A stretch of DNA of 64,000 nucleotides from Octopus vulgaris (GCA_951406725.2 OX597818.1:143282001-143346000); one strand, 5' to 3'; shown: positions 36,752 through 50,553, counted from the stretch's first letter. Notes: generated by a model from the sequence alone, not told the origin. Translations and numbers: made by a program.

Positions 36752-36867
36752 TAACAACAAACAAGATGAGGACAAATATCCGTCGAATGTAAATAATGTA
36801 AATAATACACTTGCTTGTTGCTTACTATACACCTGTCTTCGTCTTTCGTTGTTCTGTAACATTCAAC

Positions 36868-36929
<62 letters not shown>

Positions 36930-37115
36930 GTTGGCGATTTTTTTCCTCCGTCTTCCCTTCCTTGGATCTTTCCTTTTCCTATGTTTCTGACGAAGAGCTC
37001 CGCTCGAAACGTTAAATCTTCCTTCTTTCTTTCCTTTCCTGAGCGTCCAATAATACTATACTTGTTCCACGTCCTCGCGTTGTTTTGTTTTCTCTTTGTG
37101 CTTTCATGTTTGGAT

Positions 37116-37120
<5 letters not shown>
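36930..37120 (+). mobile_element. PLE-type pseudo-LTR remnant
   Basis: Homologue of 23465-23690, ending at (TA)n. Confidence 0.75.
36983..37017 (+). ncRNA. Minimal type-I hammerhead motif
   Basis: gttt-CTGACGA-a-gagc-tcc-gctc-GAAA-c-GTT-aaat. The core is canonical and all stems pair, with one G.U. Confidence 0.75.
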
Positions 37121-37165
<45 letters not shown>

Positions 37166-37168
<3 letters not shown>

Positions 37169-37275
37169 ATATAAAAGGGCTTAGTAAAATAAATTACTTT
37201 ATATGAACTCATTAGAAATAGCGGCAAAGAAATATGTGGCAAAGTAATTTATTTTACTAAGCCCTTTTATATAAT
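37166..37275. repeat. Perfect 35-bp inverted repeat with a 40-nt spacer
   Basis: ATTATATAAAAGGGCTTAGTAAAATAAATTACTTT (37166-37200) and its exact reverse complement (37241-37275). Confidence 0.95.
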
Positions 37276-37376
37276 GTAATAATTTGAATTCGCCTTAAAT
37301 GGTCCCTTTACATACTGAACACTTGGCGAAATTGATTAATAATTAATTAATTAATTTTACCCTCAATTGTTGAAAT

Positions 37377-37426
<50 letters not shown>

Positions 37427-38084
37427 TGTATGTATGTATGTATGTATATATATATTCAGAGTTTCGCGTTCCCGTTCATCGGACAAGCATATAAATACAA
37501 TACACACATATATATATACATGCATACACACACACACACACACAGATACATATATATATCGAAAAATGATCAAAGCTCTTTCCCGAGTCATAAGCTCATA
37601 AAGCCAATTTCTTGGATTTTGTGGCGTATTTATTTCTCCGCCCCTGGGCGCAACACCGGTCCATCACAAGATCATTCATTTTATTTAGTTGAGTGGACTG
37701 GGACAACATGAAATGAAGTGTTTTGTTCGAGAATACGAAAGTGTTTTGCATCCTACCATTATGAGCTTAGCTTTCACTTAGTACTGTTAATGAGAGATCA
37801 TTTTGATAGATTCTTCTGGGGTATTAATTACGAATAGAAGAAACTCGAATTCGGGGAGATTAATGACATGATACAGCTCAATTATGAATTGAACTTCCCA
37901 TAAATAACATACCAGGAGAAAGAAAAAAAATCACTACCAGATTAAATGGAAATCGATCTTAGTCTCTGGTAAAATAATTTGGTCATCAGCTGGAAAAATG
38001 ACTAAGATGTGTCAGAAAACAGATAGCTGATATCAGAGATCTGAGCTGTTAGGATAATCTTGAAACGATACCTCTCTTCTTACA

Positions 38085-38295
38085 AGGCGGCGAGCGGGCA
38101 GAAACGTTAGCACGCCGGGCGAAATGCGTAGCGATATTTCGTTTGTCTTTACGTTCTAAGTTCAAATTCTTCCGAGGTCGACTTTACCTTTCATCCCATT
38201 CGGGGTCGATAAATTAAGTACGAGTTGCGTACTGGGGTCGATCTAATCGATGTCCCTCTCCCCCAAAATTTCAGGCCTTGTGCCTAAAGTAGAAA
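38085..38295 (+). mobile_element. SINE family 2 monomer
   Basis: Head, core and tail as at 9381. Confidence 0.9.
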
Positions 38296-38314
38296 TTAGT
38301 AGAATAATAATATA

Positions 38315-38467
38315 GGCGTGGCTGTGTGGTAAGTAGCTTGCTTACCAATCACATGGTTCCGGGTTCAGTCCCACCGCGTGGCACCTTGGGCAAGTGTCTT
38401 CTATAGCCTCAGGCCGACCAAAGCCTTCTGAGTGGATTTGGTAGACGGAAACTGAAAGAAGCCCGTC

Positions 38468-38554
<87 letters not shown>

Positions 38555-38730
38555 TGTCTGTGTTTGTCCCCCAACATTGCTTAACAGCCGATGCTGGTGT
38601 GTTTACGTCCCCGTAACTTAGCGGTTCGGCGACAGAGACCGATAGAATAAGTACTAGGCTTACAAAGAATAAGTCCTGGCGGTGCTCCAGCATGGCCACA
38701 GTCCAATGGCTGAAACAAGTAAAAGAGTAT
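38315..38730 (+). mobile_element. SINE family 1
   Basis: Plus-strand copy with internal (TA)n(TG)n. Confidence 0.92.
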
Positions 38731-38749
38731 CTCTCTTCTTACGCACCAT

Positions 38750-38952
38750 CGAGAAAACCTCTACATGGTGGACCGACATGCTAGAAATAGCAGCCAAGTA
38801 AATCTAAAATCACATTTCGTCATAAAAATAAACGAGTCATTATTTAATGAGTCCTAGATTCACTAAGCTTCTGAATAAAAACGGGGGTGGCCAAAACTGG
38901 AACGTCTTTAATCATATATCTGCAGGATCAGGGCTGACCTGGGGAACAACAA
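38750..38952 (+). mobile_element. Old, highly diverged interspersed repeat (SINE-like tail)
   Basis: GCTAGAAATAGCAGCCAA..AAATCACA..GATCAGGGCTGACCTGGGG..AACAAC. Fragments recur near 2180, 16700, 24520, 40330, 40440, 53720 and 54330. Confidence 0.6.
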
Positions 38953-39689
38953 CACCAATGTTTCTTTTATCTAGAACGCTAACAAGAACACTCCTATATT
39001 CTACATATGTAATGTTGGGGAAAGTCAGGTTGCTGTGTTTGGAATACAAGATAGATTAGGCGTGAATACGAGGAGGTTATATGTCAGCTCACCAAACTAT
39101 CTGGTTTACACACCCGTATCAGGAGCCGTTGAATGATTACGTTAGGTTTAGCATTCAGAGAACCACGATTCTGTAAAATTAGCATATATATGATATTTCT
39201 TTACTTGAACCGTAACATAATCCCAATCCACACAACAGTGTTCCGGATAATGATCAAAATGTCATGGCCATCCCTTCTTAAATTTTCAGACTTAATATTT
39301 GTATATCTATATTAGCCATGTATAAACACTCCTTCTTAAGGTGATAGAGTGTTGGGTGAGGTAAATCTGACAGGTTGAGCAGCAAGTTGACTAGTCAGAC
39401 TAGTATAATCATTTAGTCAGAATGGCTTCAACGAGAATTGTCGTGAAATATGAAAATTCTAGCGGAGAATGTAACCATGGTAACTGTCTCACAGTCAAGT
39501 TTGACTGAGCAATTTGTATGATTCCATGTAAAAAAAAAAATATGTAATGTAATTTATGTTCCATGGACTTACAATCTAGACTTTAGGGTCAGTTGCCGAA
39601 TTAGTAATAATTTTGCAAACGAATACTTTAGAAGTAATGAATTAAATGATCTAAAGAAATAATTAGCGAGCTCATTATAAAATTGATTA

Positions 39690-39836
39690 AGTGGGTGCGT
39701 GGTAAGAAGCTTACTTTTCAACCACATGGTTCGGGGTTTAGTCCCACCACTGCATGACACCTCGGGTGTCTTCAGCCTCGGGCCGAACAAAGCCTTGTGA
39801 GGGGATTTGGTAAACGGAAACTGAAAGAAGCCCGTC

Positions 39837-39880
<44 letters not shown>

Positions 39881-40150
39881 ATGTATATATGTATGTATGT
39901 GTTTATTTATGTATGTATGTATATATATATGTAATTATGTGTGTGTGTATTTGTCCCTCCCCCCGCCATCGCTTGACAACCGATGCTGGTGTGTTTATAT
40001 CCCCGTAACTTAGCGGTTCGGTAAAAGTAACCGATAGAATAAGTAGTAGGCTTGCAAACAATAAGTCCTGAGTCGATTTACTCGATTAAAACCGTTTAAG
40101 GTTGTACTCCAGCATGACCGCAGTCAATTGACCGAAATAAGTAAAAGACT
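39690..40150 (+). mobile_element. SINE family 1 (diverged)
   Basis: Collinear with 38315-38730. Confidence 0.88.
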
Positions 40151-40769
40151 ATAAGAACAAATGAGTCAAGATATAATCCTCTCTCTCCGATTAAGTATTC
40201 AATCGGAATCTTGTTCCCACAACAAAATAATCTTTACAACTGTTTGAATTATGTGTATTTACTGTTTATCAACACAGACTGTCACTATTAATTACCTAGG
40301 ATAATATATCTGAAAAAATAAGACGGAATGGTCACGGCTGGAATTAATTTGGTATAAATCTGCTGGAACTGGGACTAAGCAACAATCCTGTGATACATGT
40401 AATTACTTAGAAAAGGACGGACCAACGAGAGACCCTCTAGCAATCACCCGACCTGCTAGATACACAAGCTAAATATCCTTCAAATAACATCCTACTCTCT
40501 GGAAAATTGGGGCGACACATCAAACGGAGTAATGCTAGATACTCCTATAAAGATAGGATGGTCTTGAGTGGAACGCCTTTTATAGAAAGTTGGTGTAATT
40601 ATGGCTGACCTGTGGCTAAACAGCAGCTTAGAGATAGGATAAGTTGGCTGCTGAAATTTAGATGTTTTGGCTTCGAACGCGACACAGTTCGACACAGTAC
40701 CGGCCATAAGATATAAACATCCAACCCTTTCACTGGATTTCTAGTACAATACTAATTCAGCATTTCACA

Positions 40770-40894
40770 CTTATTCTATCGGTCTCTTTTGCCGAACCAC
40801 TAAGTGACGGGGACGTAAACACACCAGCATCGGTTGTCAAGCAATGCTAGGGGGACAAACACAGACACACAAGCACACACACACACACACACAT

Positions 40895-40949
<55 letters not shown>

Positions 40950-41037
40950 TACGACAGGCTTCTTTCAGTTTCCGTCTACCAAATTCACTCACAAGGCATT
41001 GGTCGGCCCGGGGCTATAGCAGAAGACACTTGCCCAC
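40770..41037 (-). mobile_element. SINE family 1, internal fragment
   Basis: Matches the middle of 11947-12374. Confidence 0.88.
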
Positions 41038-41172
41038 AAATATGAAATCTTTCGATCTCTTTGTTTCTTATCAGAATCAGTTATTTCTCGAAGAACTTTT
41101 AAAGTATATTTCAGTGATTTCAAAATTGAAAACCACCCATTCTTCTATTTTTCTCGCCTACTATTCCTAGAA

Positions 41173-41610
41173 GGGTCTTGGATGTAGAGTTTTCAGTTAC
41201 CTCCTCCACAAGATGCTGTCAGAAGCAACGTCGTTACACGTTCTTGAAGGATTTCCAAGAGTCACCCGCTGAGACTCTTGATATTATCCAAACATGTCAC
41301 TCTTGGTCTGCCCTTAGGTCTACCACTGGTTGCTTCGGCTTGAAGAGTCTTTCTTGCGCTCCTTTCCTGCGGCATTCCAACCACATATTTGTAGTATCAA
41401 AGCCGTGACCTCTCAATTGCAAGGAAGTAACAGCTCGATCGACAGAAACTTCCTGAACTCCGAGCTACGTACTCTGTCAAGTAACGTTATTCCAGAGATC
41501 CTTCAGAAGGACCCCATTTTGGCCGTTAGTATCCGCGATCGTACTCTTTCGGCCATTAGCCAACATTCAAGACCATTAGTTAGGATAGACAGGAAAACCG
41601 AAATGAAGAC
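41173..41610 (-). mobile_element. RTE-clade LINE (Expander/Rex3-like) 3' fragment
   Basis: SILTNGLECWLMAERVRSRILTAKMGSF*RISGITLLDRVRSS. Confidence 0.82.
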
Positions 41611-42117
41611 ATATTTAAGAAGTTACTGCCGAAGCGAATCATCGAATTGGCAGAGTTGTTACCGTAATCACTAGTAATACCTTCCGTTATTATTTCAGTT
41701 TTCTGTACTTTGAGTTCGAATCTGAGTCTGAGCTTTACTCTTCGGGATCAACAAAAGAAGCAACAGACTAGGGTGGTTGATTAGTGGAATTATTAGCGTG
41801 TCAGACGGAATATTTCGTAGCATATGTTTTGACTGTGTACATTATTTTGAGTTCAAATTCGAAGGTGTTACCAAAAAATGTCAGGAGTTATGATCAACAG
41901 ATAATATCAGCAATTTAAAATAAAAAATGAAATAAAAACAAAATGAAAGTAATCAAAAAATAGAAAAAAATGCAAAAGATCCATGGTTACCTTCAATCTA
42001 TCAGAAGATCGACTGTTATTACTGAAACCTAAATATATCTAAATTAAATCATTAAATCTTTCAAATACTCAGAGTTAACATGCAACAGTATCAGTCATAT
42101 TTAGACAATTTGTTAAG

Positions 42118-42515
42118 TTGGCGAGCTGGCAGAATCGTTAGCACGCCGGGCGAAATGCTTAGCCGTATTTCGTCTGCCGCTACGTTCTGAGTTCAAATTC
42201 CGCCGAGGTCGACTTTGCCTTTCATCCTTTCGGGGTCGATTAAATAAGTACCAGTTACACACTGGGTAGATATAATCGACTTAATCCGTTTGTCTGACCT
42301 TGTTTGTCCTCTCTGTGTTTAGCCTCTTGTGGGCAGTAAAGAAATAGGTACTTTTTCTGGCTCCACATTCTGAATTCAAATTCCGCTGAGGTCGACTTTG
42401 CCTTTCATTCTTTCGAAATCAATAAAATAAGTCACAGCTGAGCATTGGTTCGATGTAATCGACCTCCTCCTCCTCCCCACAAATTTGCTGGCCTTGTGTT
42501 TATAGTAGAAGGAAT
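42118..42515 (+). mobile_element. SINE family 2, two-core copy
   Basis: Structure head-core-tail1-core-tail2. Confidence 0.88.
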
Positions 42516-43534
42516 ATTAAAAAAAAATTGTAACATAATTATGTAAAAATATCAAGTAAACGCTATCATTCCGAATTCGAATCCAGGTGCAATATATATT
42601 AATTTAAGGGCAAGTCCAGCGCTTATTACCTTCTGTAGAGGCAGATAGAATGAAGAATAAAGTCATTCCTAGACCAGAGACCTGACCCAAGTACTACAAT
42701 TACCACTTCTCCAGAAAGATAGCTATCATGACATTAAATAAATACAAAAGAAAATAAAATGATGATATATGGTGATCAGTAGAGTATTGGACAAAATGCC
42801 TGGGGGTATTTAATTACGACGCTTTACGTTCTAAGTTTAAATGCTATAGAGGCCAACTTGCTGCTTCATCCAAACGGAATATACAAATTGAGTACCAGTC
42901 AAGTTGAGGGTCGATGTAATTGACTATAAGTCACTAGACATCTTCTTTCCTTTAAACAAAATATTAGTTGCGCCGGTATATATTAATAGATACATCGTAT
43001 ATTGTTTCTATTCTACATTCAGATCTTGTGTGGATCTATTTCATTTTCACCAGTAGATAAAGCAAGTGCCAGGTAATTGACGATTTCATTAAAAAACCAA
43101 ACAAACAAAACATTCTCCATATATTGTTCGTCAAACACCATTACTTCTTACCAAGAGGACCAAGAGGACTCCAATGCGGTCGCATATGGTATTTGAGGGA
43201 CCTTCGATATCAGTAAAATCAGATAGAAAAAGTAGACAAATCTCTTTCAAATCATACGGTATAATCTTAAAAAAAGCAAAGAGCACATTAGAAAATATAA
43301 TTCTATAGACCACTGAAAACGACAAGATGGTCATAACTGGAATGTCTTGGCCAGGGTTGATTGCTCTAGAGAGTTACAGCAATGCGATTAATTTAAGAGA
43401 TAAGGGGAGTGGAAATGAAAAGATAAAAGAAAGGAGAACGATGAAAAGAATGAATGAGAGTGAAATAAAGTAACGACAAGAATATTGAAGGACCATGTGA
43501 AAAAAAAAATCAGAGAAAAATTCTCTCTTCTTAC

Positions 43535-43890
43535 CTGCCATCTGGCTGGTGTGAATGGTCAACATGTTTTTAACGATGTAGAATAAAGTCAACTCCCTTT
43601 TGTCAAGAAAACACTAGAAATAAGCTGCTTTTCTCATGTGATACATGTCTTTCTTACAGGGTGAGAGGAAATGCGTGGTTTCCTTCCGTAAAGTCGGAAC
43701 CAACTCATTCATACTAGTAAAGGATATATGGTGGCTGTAAACTAGAAGGGATGTGCGTAAGAGACAAGTATCAGCAGTGACTTGTAGTCTACTAAATTTA
43801 CTTTGTTTTTCTTCTTTTTCTTCTTCCGGGAGTGGCAGGGAAGATAATGGCTGGTGATACCAAATTTTCAGACAACTGGCGTTATATAAT
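43535..43890 (-). promoter_or_regulatory. Candidate promoter and non-coding first exon of the noggin-like gene
   Basis: An island with no recognisable repeat, with minus-strand TATATAA (43888-43882) and a strong donor CAG|GTAAGA at 43535/43534. The link to the 28221 acceptor is inference only. Confidence 0.35.
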
Positions 43891-44421
43891 TAGTGAAGCT
43901 TTCAAGAAGGTATATGTCACTCGAATAACACGAAAGAGAAGTTAAGTATTAGTTACAGAAATGGAACAACAGCAGCAACCACAACAACAGCGATAGGAGA
44001 TATAGAATAAATCTATTTAAAAATTTCAAAGGGAAGGGGTGGAGAAGGAAGAGGAGGAGGAGGAGAAAGGAAGAAAGGGGTGAGAAAAAGAAGAGGGGAC
44101 GAAGAGGTGGAATGATGAGAAAGAAAAAAAAAAAACGGTGTCAAGTGTATTTCAAGCATTTATATCTTGAATGATTCCATATTTCCTCACAAGAACGTCT
44201 TTGTGCAGTGGCTCAATTTATTTGCACATATACACAAAGATAATATGGCTAACGTCAATACTACAAAATGCTCGCTCATAACATTCACTATTGAAAAAGT
44301 TTAGAAGATCAAAGGGAGATAAAATATCGGCCTCAGGTTCTTAGGTTATAGTGTTGCTCTTTATAACACTGCATCTTTAGTAGGAAAACTCTGAATGAGC
44401 TCTTCCAATATTAGTCTTATT

Positions 44422-44478
<57 letters not shown>

Positions 44479-44489
44479 TTCTCTTTATC

Positions 44490-45950
<1,461 letters not shown>

Positions 45951-45953
45951 CAC

Positions 45954-46053
<100 letters not shown>

Positions 46054-46254
46054 GTTGTTATTGTTGTTGCCGTTGTTGTTATTATTATTATTAAGATGGT
46101 GAGCTGGTAGAATCGTTAGCACACCCGGCAAAATGCTTAGCGGCATTTCGTCCGTGTGTACGTTCTGAGTTCAAATTCCGCCGAGTCAACTTTGCCTTTC
46201 ATCCTTCTCCTAAAAAAACACCAGGCCTTGCACCTTTAGCAGAAAGGATCATCG

Positions 46255-47028
46255 TCATCTGGCAGTGTCACCGGGGGCCGCTACCGGTTCGAGACAAACT
46301 TTACAGGCATGGATGTGCTGTCCGACGGAGTGATGAAACCGTTCTGCACGCCCTAGTTCAGTGTCCGGGCATTGTTGACTTGTGGGGCAATGTTGAACAG
46401 CTGCTGTCACGTGTGGAACGGATCCGTCTGTCGGCTGAGTCTGTAGTGATGATCGGACCGCCGCCCTCCTTCAATCGGGCAGGCAAGGCAATTTTACTTT
46501 GCCTAGTGGCTGCTGCGAAAGAGGTTGTCTGGTGGGACAAGACTGAAAGGCATGAGGACAGATACAGTACTCTTTGGTAGAGTTTCTCACTGACTTTCTC
46601 AAGTTTCACTCGAAAAGGAAATTGAGAGTGGAGAGGGAAGTGCTGTCCTCGAGTGAGTTTATTAAAAGGTGGGTGAAAGTTGCGAAAATGGCAAGAGTGG
46701 ATAGTACATCTCTAAGAGTAGACGTGTGAGTCGGAGAGAAGGAATTGGAGAGGGCATTTCCTCTTGGGATTTCTGGGAACTCTTGGACTGTGGGGATCTT
46801 CAATTATTCTTAGAGGCCTTCCTGTATCAGGAGGTCCACATCTCTATCCTCCTCCTCGCAATCTTTTTGTCTTTTTCCTTCGTATACTATGCTTATGTCC
46901 TTTCTTTTTCAGTGTATACCCTGTATATTTACCTTTTTTTTTAATCATTTCATTATATGTAAACCCCTACACTTTATGTCTGTCTCTGTATTGTCCCCCT
47001 CATCCTTCGCCCTTCAGGCAAATAAATG

Positions 47029-47060
<32 letters not shown>
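46255..47060 (+). mobile_element. Tx1/L1-clade LINE 3' end
   Basis: LPVRDKLYRHG..ETVLHALVQCP (ORF2 zinc-knuckle remnant), a T-rich 3' UTR, AATAAA and an (ATC)n tail. Confidence 0.8.
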
Positions 47061-47107
<47 letters not shown>

Positions 47108-47108
<1 letters not shown>

Positions 47109-47392
47109 GGCTTTGCACAGCTTCTAACGCTGGAGATGTACTATGGTGTCAGCTGTTCACTACCAGTGAACTAAGGTAAAAACCACTTATTTTTCGAGCA
47201 CCTTCCGGAGTATTCGAGCAGTTCCAAACAGTGCTGTTTTCTGCAAGTGCCCCACCCTTATTGAAGCCCCTATTTGTTCCACGTACTTCTCGAGATTTTT
47301 ACTCACTGTTCCCAGGGCTCCGACAATTATTGGTACTACTGCTACCTTCTTCATCGACCACAGCTGCTTAACTTCCCAAGTTAACCCGTCAT
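47108..47392 (-). mobile_element. R4/Dong-clade LINE 3' fragment inside (TAA)n
   Basis: EVKQLWSMKKVAVVPIIVGALGTVSKNL..LQKTALFGTARILRKVLEK*. Confidence 0.9.
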
Positions 47393-47398
47393 ATTATT

Positions 47399-47472
<74 letters not shown>

Positions 47473-47480
47473 CATCATCA

Positions 47481-47514
<34 letters not shown>

Positions 47515-47515
<1 letters not shown>

Positions 47516-47900
47516 GTGTGGGAGAGCGGTGCATGCCATCAAAGTGACACTGGGATAAAATATACGAAGCCCAGTATACCCATCATGACTACCCGTCTGA
47601 TAAGGGTTCACCAGGTACATGCATCACAACCATATGTGTGCGACATGGTGATCTCATATCAAGATAAACAGCACATAACCTTGCAGGTGAGGCCCAGTTA
47701 GAATTTTCTTCTGGTCGAGTAGCCCATCCCGCTCAAAAGGTTCCTGAATAAGGATTGTTTAAGGATGTTGGACAAACCACCCATGTTTCCAAATGTGAAT
47801 TATCCAAACCTCTAAGAATTCCTTTCAACACACGGCTATCATGCACCCCCACTACTTCTGCTTGTGATCAGAGTAGCACATATCGTCAGCCACTAAAGGA
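47515..47900 (-). mobile_element. (TAA)n-abutting repeat with no recognisable coding capacity, copy 1
   Basis: Collinear with 62635-63000. Both start at the same point next to (TTA)n; orientation is inferred from that tail. Confidence 0.75.
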
Positions 47901-47934
47901 CATGTATATAAAGGATATGTATATATATATACAT

Positions 47935-48089
47935 ACGACAGGCTTCTTTCAGTTTCCGTCTACCAAATCCACTTTGGTCGGCCCGAGGCTATAGTAGAGG
48001 ATACTTGTCCAAGGTGCCACGCAGTGGGACTGAACCCTGAACCATGTGGTTGATAAGAAAGCTACTTACCACACAGTCACTCCTACGCC
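47935..48089 (-). mobile_element. SINE family 1 head
   Basis: Matches 12212-12374. Confidence 0.88.
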
Positions 48090-48134
48090 TATTATTATTA
48101 TTATTATTATTATTATTAGTAGTAGTAGTAGTAA

Positions 48135-48199
<65 letters not shown>

Positions 48200-48489
48200 T
48201 TGCTGGAAAAATCATTAGCGTACCAGACAAAACATGTGGCGGCATTTTTCCGGCTCTAAAGGGCACAATTATTGCAATGTTTAATCCTTCGTCATTTTGT
48301 TTTGCATTTGGAATTATGAGGTCTGTAACGCCTACTGTCAACGAGGATATAGCAGGAAAATCCCATACCACCCCGAGCGTTCACACGAGGACAGCAACAA
48401 CAACCACAACAAAAGCAACAGCAACATTGGCAGCAATGGCAACGACAATGGTAAGGACGTCGGTTTTCAACAACACAAGCAGTAATGGT

Positions 48490-50310
48490 ACCAGCTAAAC
48501 AAGCAGGCACGCCTGAATCGGGTGAAAAAGCTTGTACAGGTGAATGGTTGGAGACCAAAAGTTGCCAGACTAGCCATGGTTTTGGTAGCTTCAGCCCGGG
48601 AGACGGTGGTATAAGACTGTCAGCTAAAACTCAACAACTAGAAGCAACATTACAAGATAGGTGGAAAGAATCCTTAGTGATATTTGGACAGATATTAATC
48701 ATGGCGTGGGCGTGGAAGTTCTCTTCAAGAGCGAACTCTTCGTGCACGCGACAGGAAATTCACCTTCTACTCAGCCTATTTAGAGTGAAGGACCTGTTGT
48801 GTTAAGCCAGAGAATTCCACTTGAGTTGGTCATTTGGTGGCTGTTGGCCTGGGTTGCTTTGGAGGCCTGTGACCCCTCTTCGGCGTCAAATGTACGAAGA
48901 AAGAGTTTTGGTTTGGAACCACAGTGGAGACCCCTCTCTAGATTAAACCGAAGTATATGAAAAAATACCCAAACTTATCCACTTGCACAATGGAATAGAA
49001 GTTTGTGCCACGGTTGAGACCAGAAGGCTAAGATACATGTGTGCTGCGGAAAGCCAATTTAGAGCTTTATGTCCTCAGCACAAAAAAGATGGGAGACAGT
49101 ACCCTACTACTGATGAGACCACAGCATCGAAAGCAACAGCAGCATTAGCAGTGAAGTGAACAAGAACAATAGTAGCACCACTAACATCAACATAAACACC
49201 AAAAAACGGTAACTAGTAACGACACCAACAATAACAGAACCAAAATCCATCATCCAGGAAAATCTCCAACCTAGCTCTCTCTCTCTTATTCTGCCTCTCT
49301 TTTCTTTCAGATGCAAGCAAACACATGGACACACACGAAAGCATACCTCCTCTGCCACCTGCATCGGATCTTTATCATGGATCTTTCTCATCTTGCGAGA
49401 AAGGGAAAGAAACAGGAAAACTTTTTTTTTAAATGCAATAAAAATGTTTAAAGTGCTACAGTTGCTTTAAACGAATCACACAATCACAACTTGAAGCCAG
49501 GCCCACACAAAACACAGACAAATCCACAACAACGCCCCCACCACTGACACAAGTATCGACGAAATTCACTTCACTAAAAAGAAAATACACACAGGAATAG
49601 CACCAGGAGACTGACACGAGAACTCAAGTTAAAACACTTTCAAACATTGTGCTTCCTAGAACACAAATAAAGATTAAAAAAAACCCTGATATTTTCACCG
49701 CACAAAAGGAAAATATTGAAACAGGAGAAGTGCCACAAAATTTGAGGCAGACAAACTATTTAGGGAGAATTTCCTTACTGATGTGGTAAGCTCCAGCGCA
49801 AGGGCCAACAGTAGGTTCCTAAAAGACTTTCACAAAGAACTGCAAAGTTTCACGGAGATCGAGTCACCTGTGATCACCAAATGAGCAAATTACTCGTTTC
49901 TTTTTCTTTCTTCTTTTCTACCAACGTGACAGTTCTGAGTGTGAGATCTTTAAATGCAAATGATCTGGGTCACCTTTGAAGCAGAGTCGCCTGCCAAATG
50001 ACCAGATTTTGCTGGGTTTCGAAGCGAGAGCAATCGGCGAGACCAGAGTTTTCGACACGTGCGCCTTGACACCTATTTTTGACGATCTTCGCATCTCTTA
50101 CTCCATCTCGGAAAGGCTTGATACTCGACATACTCTCGATCTTACTGGAACTGGATGGTAAGTTGGTGGTCTTCGAGGTGAACTGTAGCGATAGTGATAC
50201 CGTTTCACTAGTCGTCGAATATACCCTGACTAAGACAAGGCGGCCAGACTTCTTCAGGCGCCTTGAGGCTTTCCTGAGAACGATCTGCTCTTCAGTGTTA
50301 ACGATTCTGC
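48490..50310 (+). mobile_element. Tx1-like LINE 5' part (decayed ORF1 and start of the APE endonuclease)
   Basis: From about 49935: RSLNANDLG..KQSRL..AIGETR..LDGKLVV..LVVEYTL..DFFRRLEAFL. The ORF1 assignment is weaker. Confidence 0.65.
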
Positions 50311-50324
50311 TGACTCGCTGCCCT

Positions 50325-50553
50325 TTTACTGGCCGAAATGTTAGTTCAAATTTTGGCATAAGGCTAGCAATTTAGGGGAAACAGATAAGTCGCTTACATC
50401 GACTCCAATGCTCAACTGGTACTTATTTTATCGAACCCCACAGGATGAAAAGTAAAATCAGCCTCGGCGCAATTTGACCTCAGAAAGTAACGACGGACAA
50501 AATGCCGCTGAGCCTTTTGCCCGGCGTGCTTACGATTCTGCCAGCTCGCCGCC
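50325..50553 (-). mobile_element. SINE family 2
   Basis: Diverged head, core and tail. Confidence 0.82.

Larger units (their letters stand above)
36128..36805. mobile_element. Head-to-head dimer of a tRNA-headed, hammerhead-carrying non-autonomous retroelement
   Basis: Arms 36128-36461 (-) and 36515-36805 (+). Each arm consists of a tRNA-like head, (AAT/AAC)n, a linker, an HHR and a tail. 9-bp TSD TACACTTGC (36119-36127, 36806-36814). Confidence 0.85.
35988..36870 (+). mobile_element. PLE pseudo-LTR in inverted orientation, split by a nested insertion
   Basis: 35988-36127 joined to 36806-36870 is a diverged reverse complement of 34395-34590. Confidence 0.85.

Noticed and set aside
49106-49140. 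CTGATGA-gaccacagcatc-GAAA
   Set aside because: Stem II is only 2 bp and there is no cleavage triplet or stem I; likely chance.
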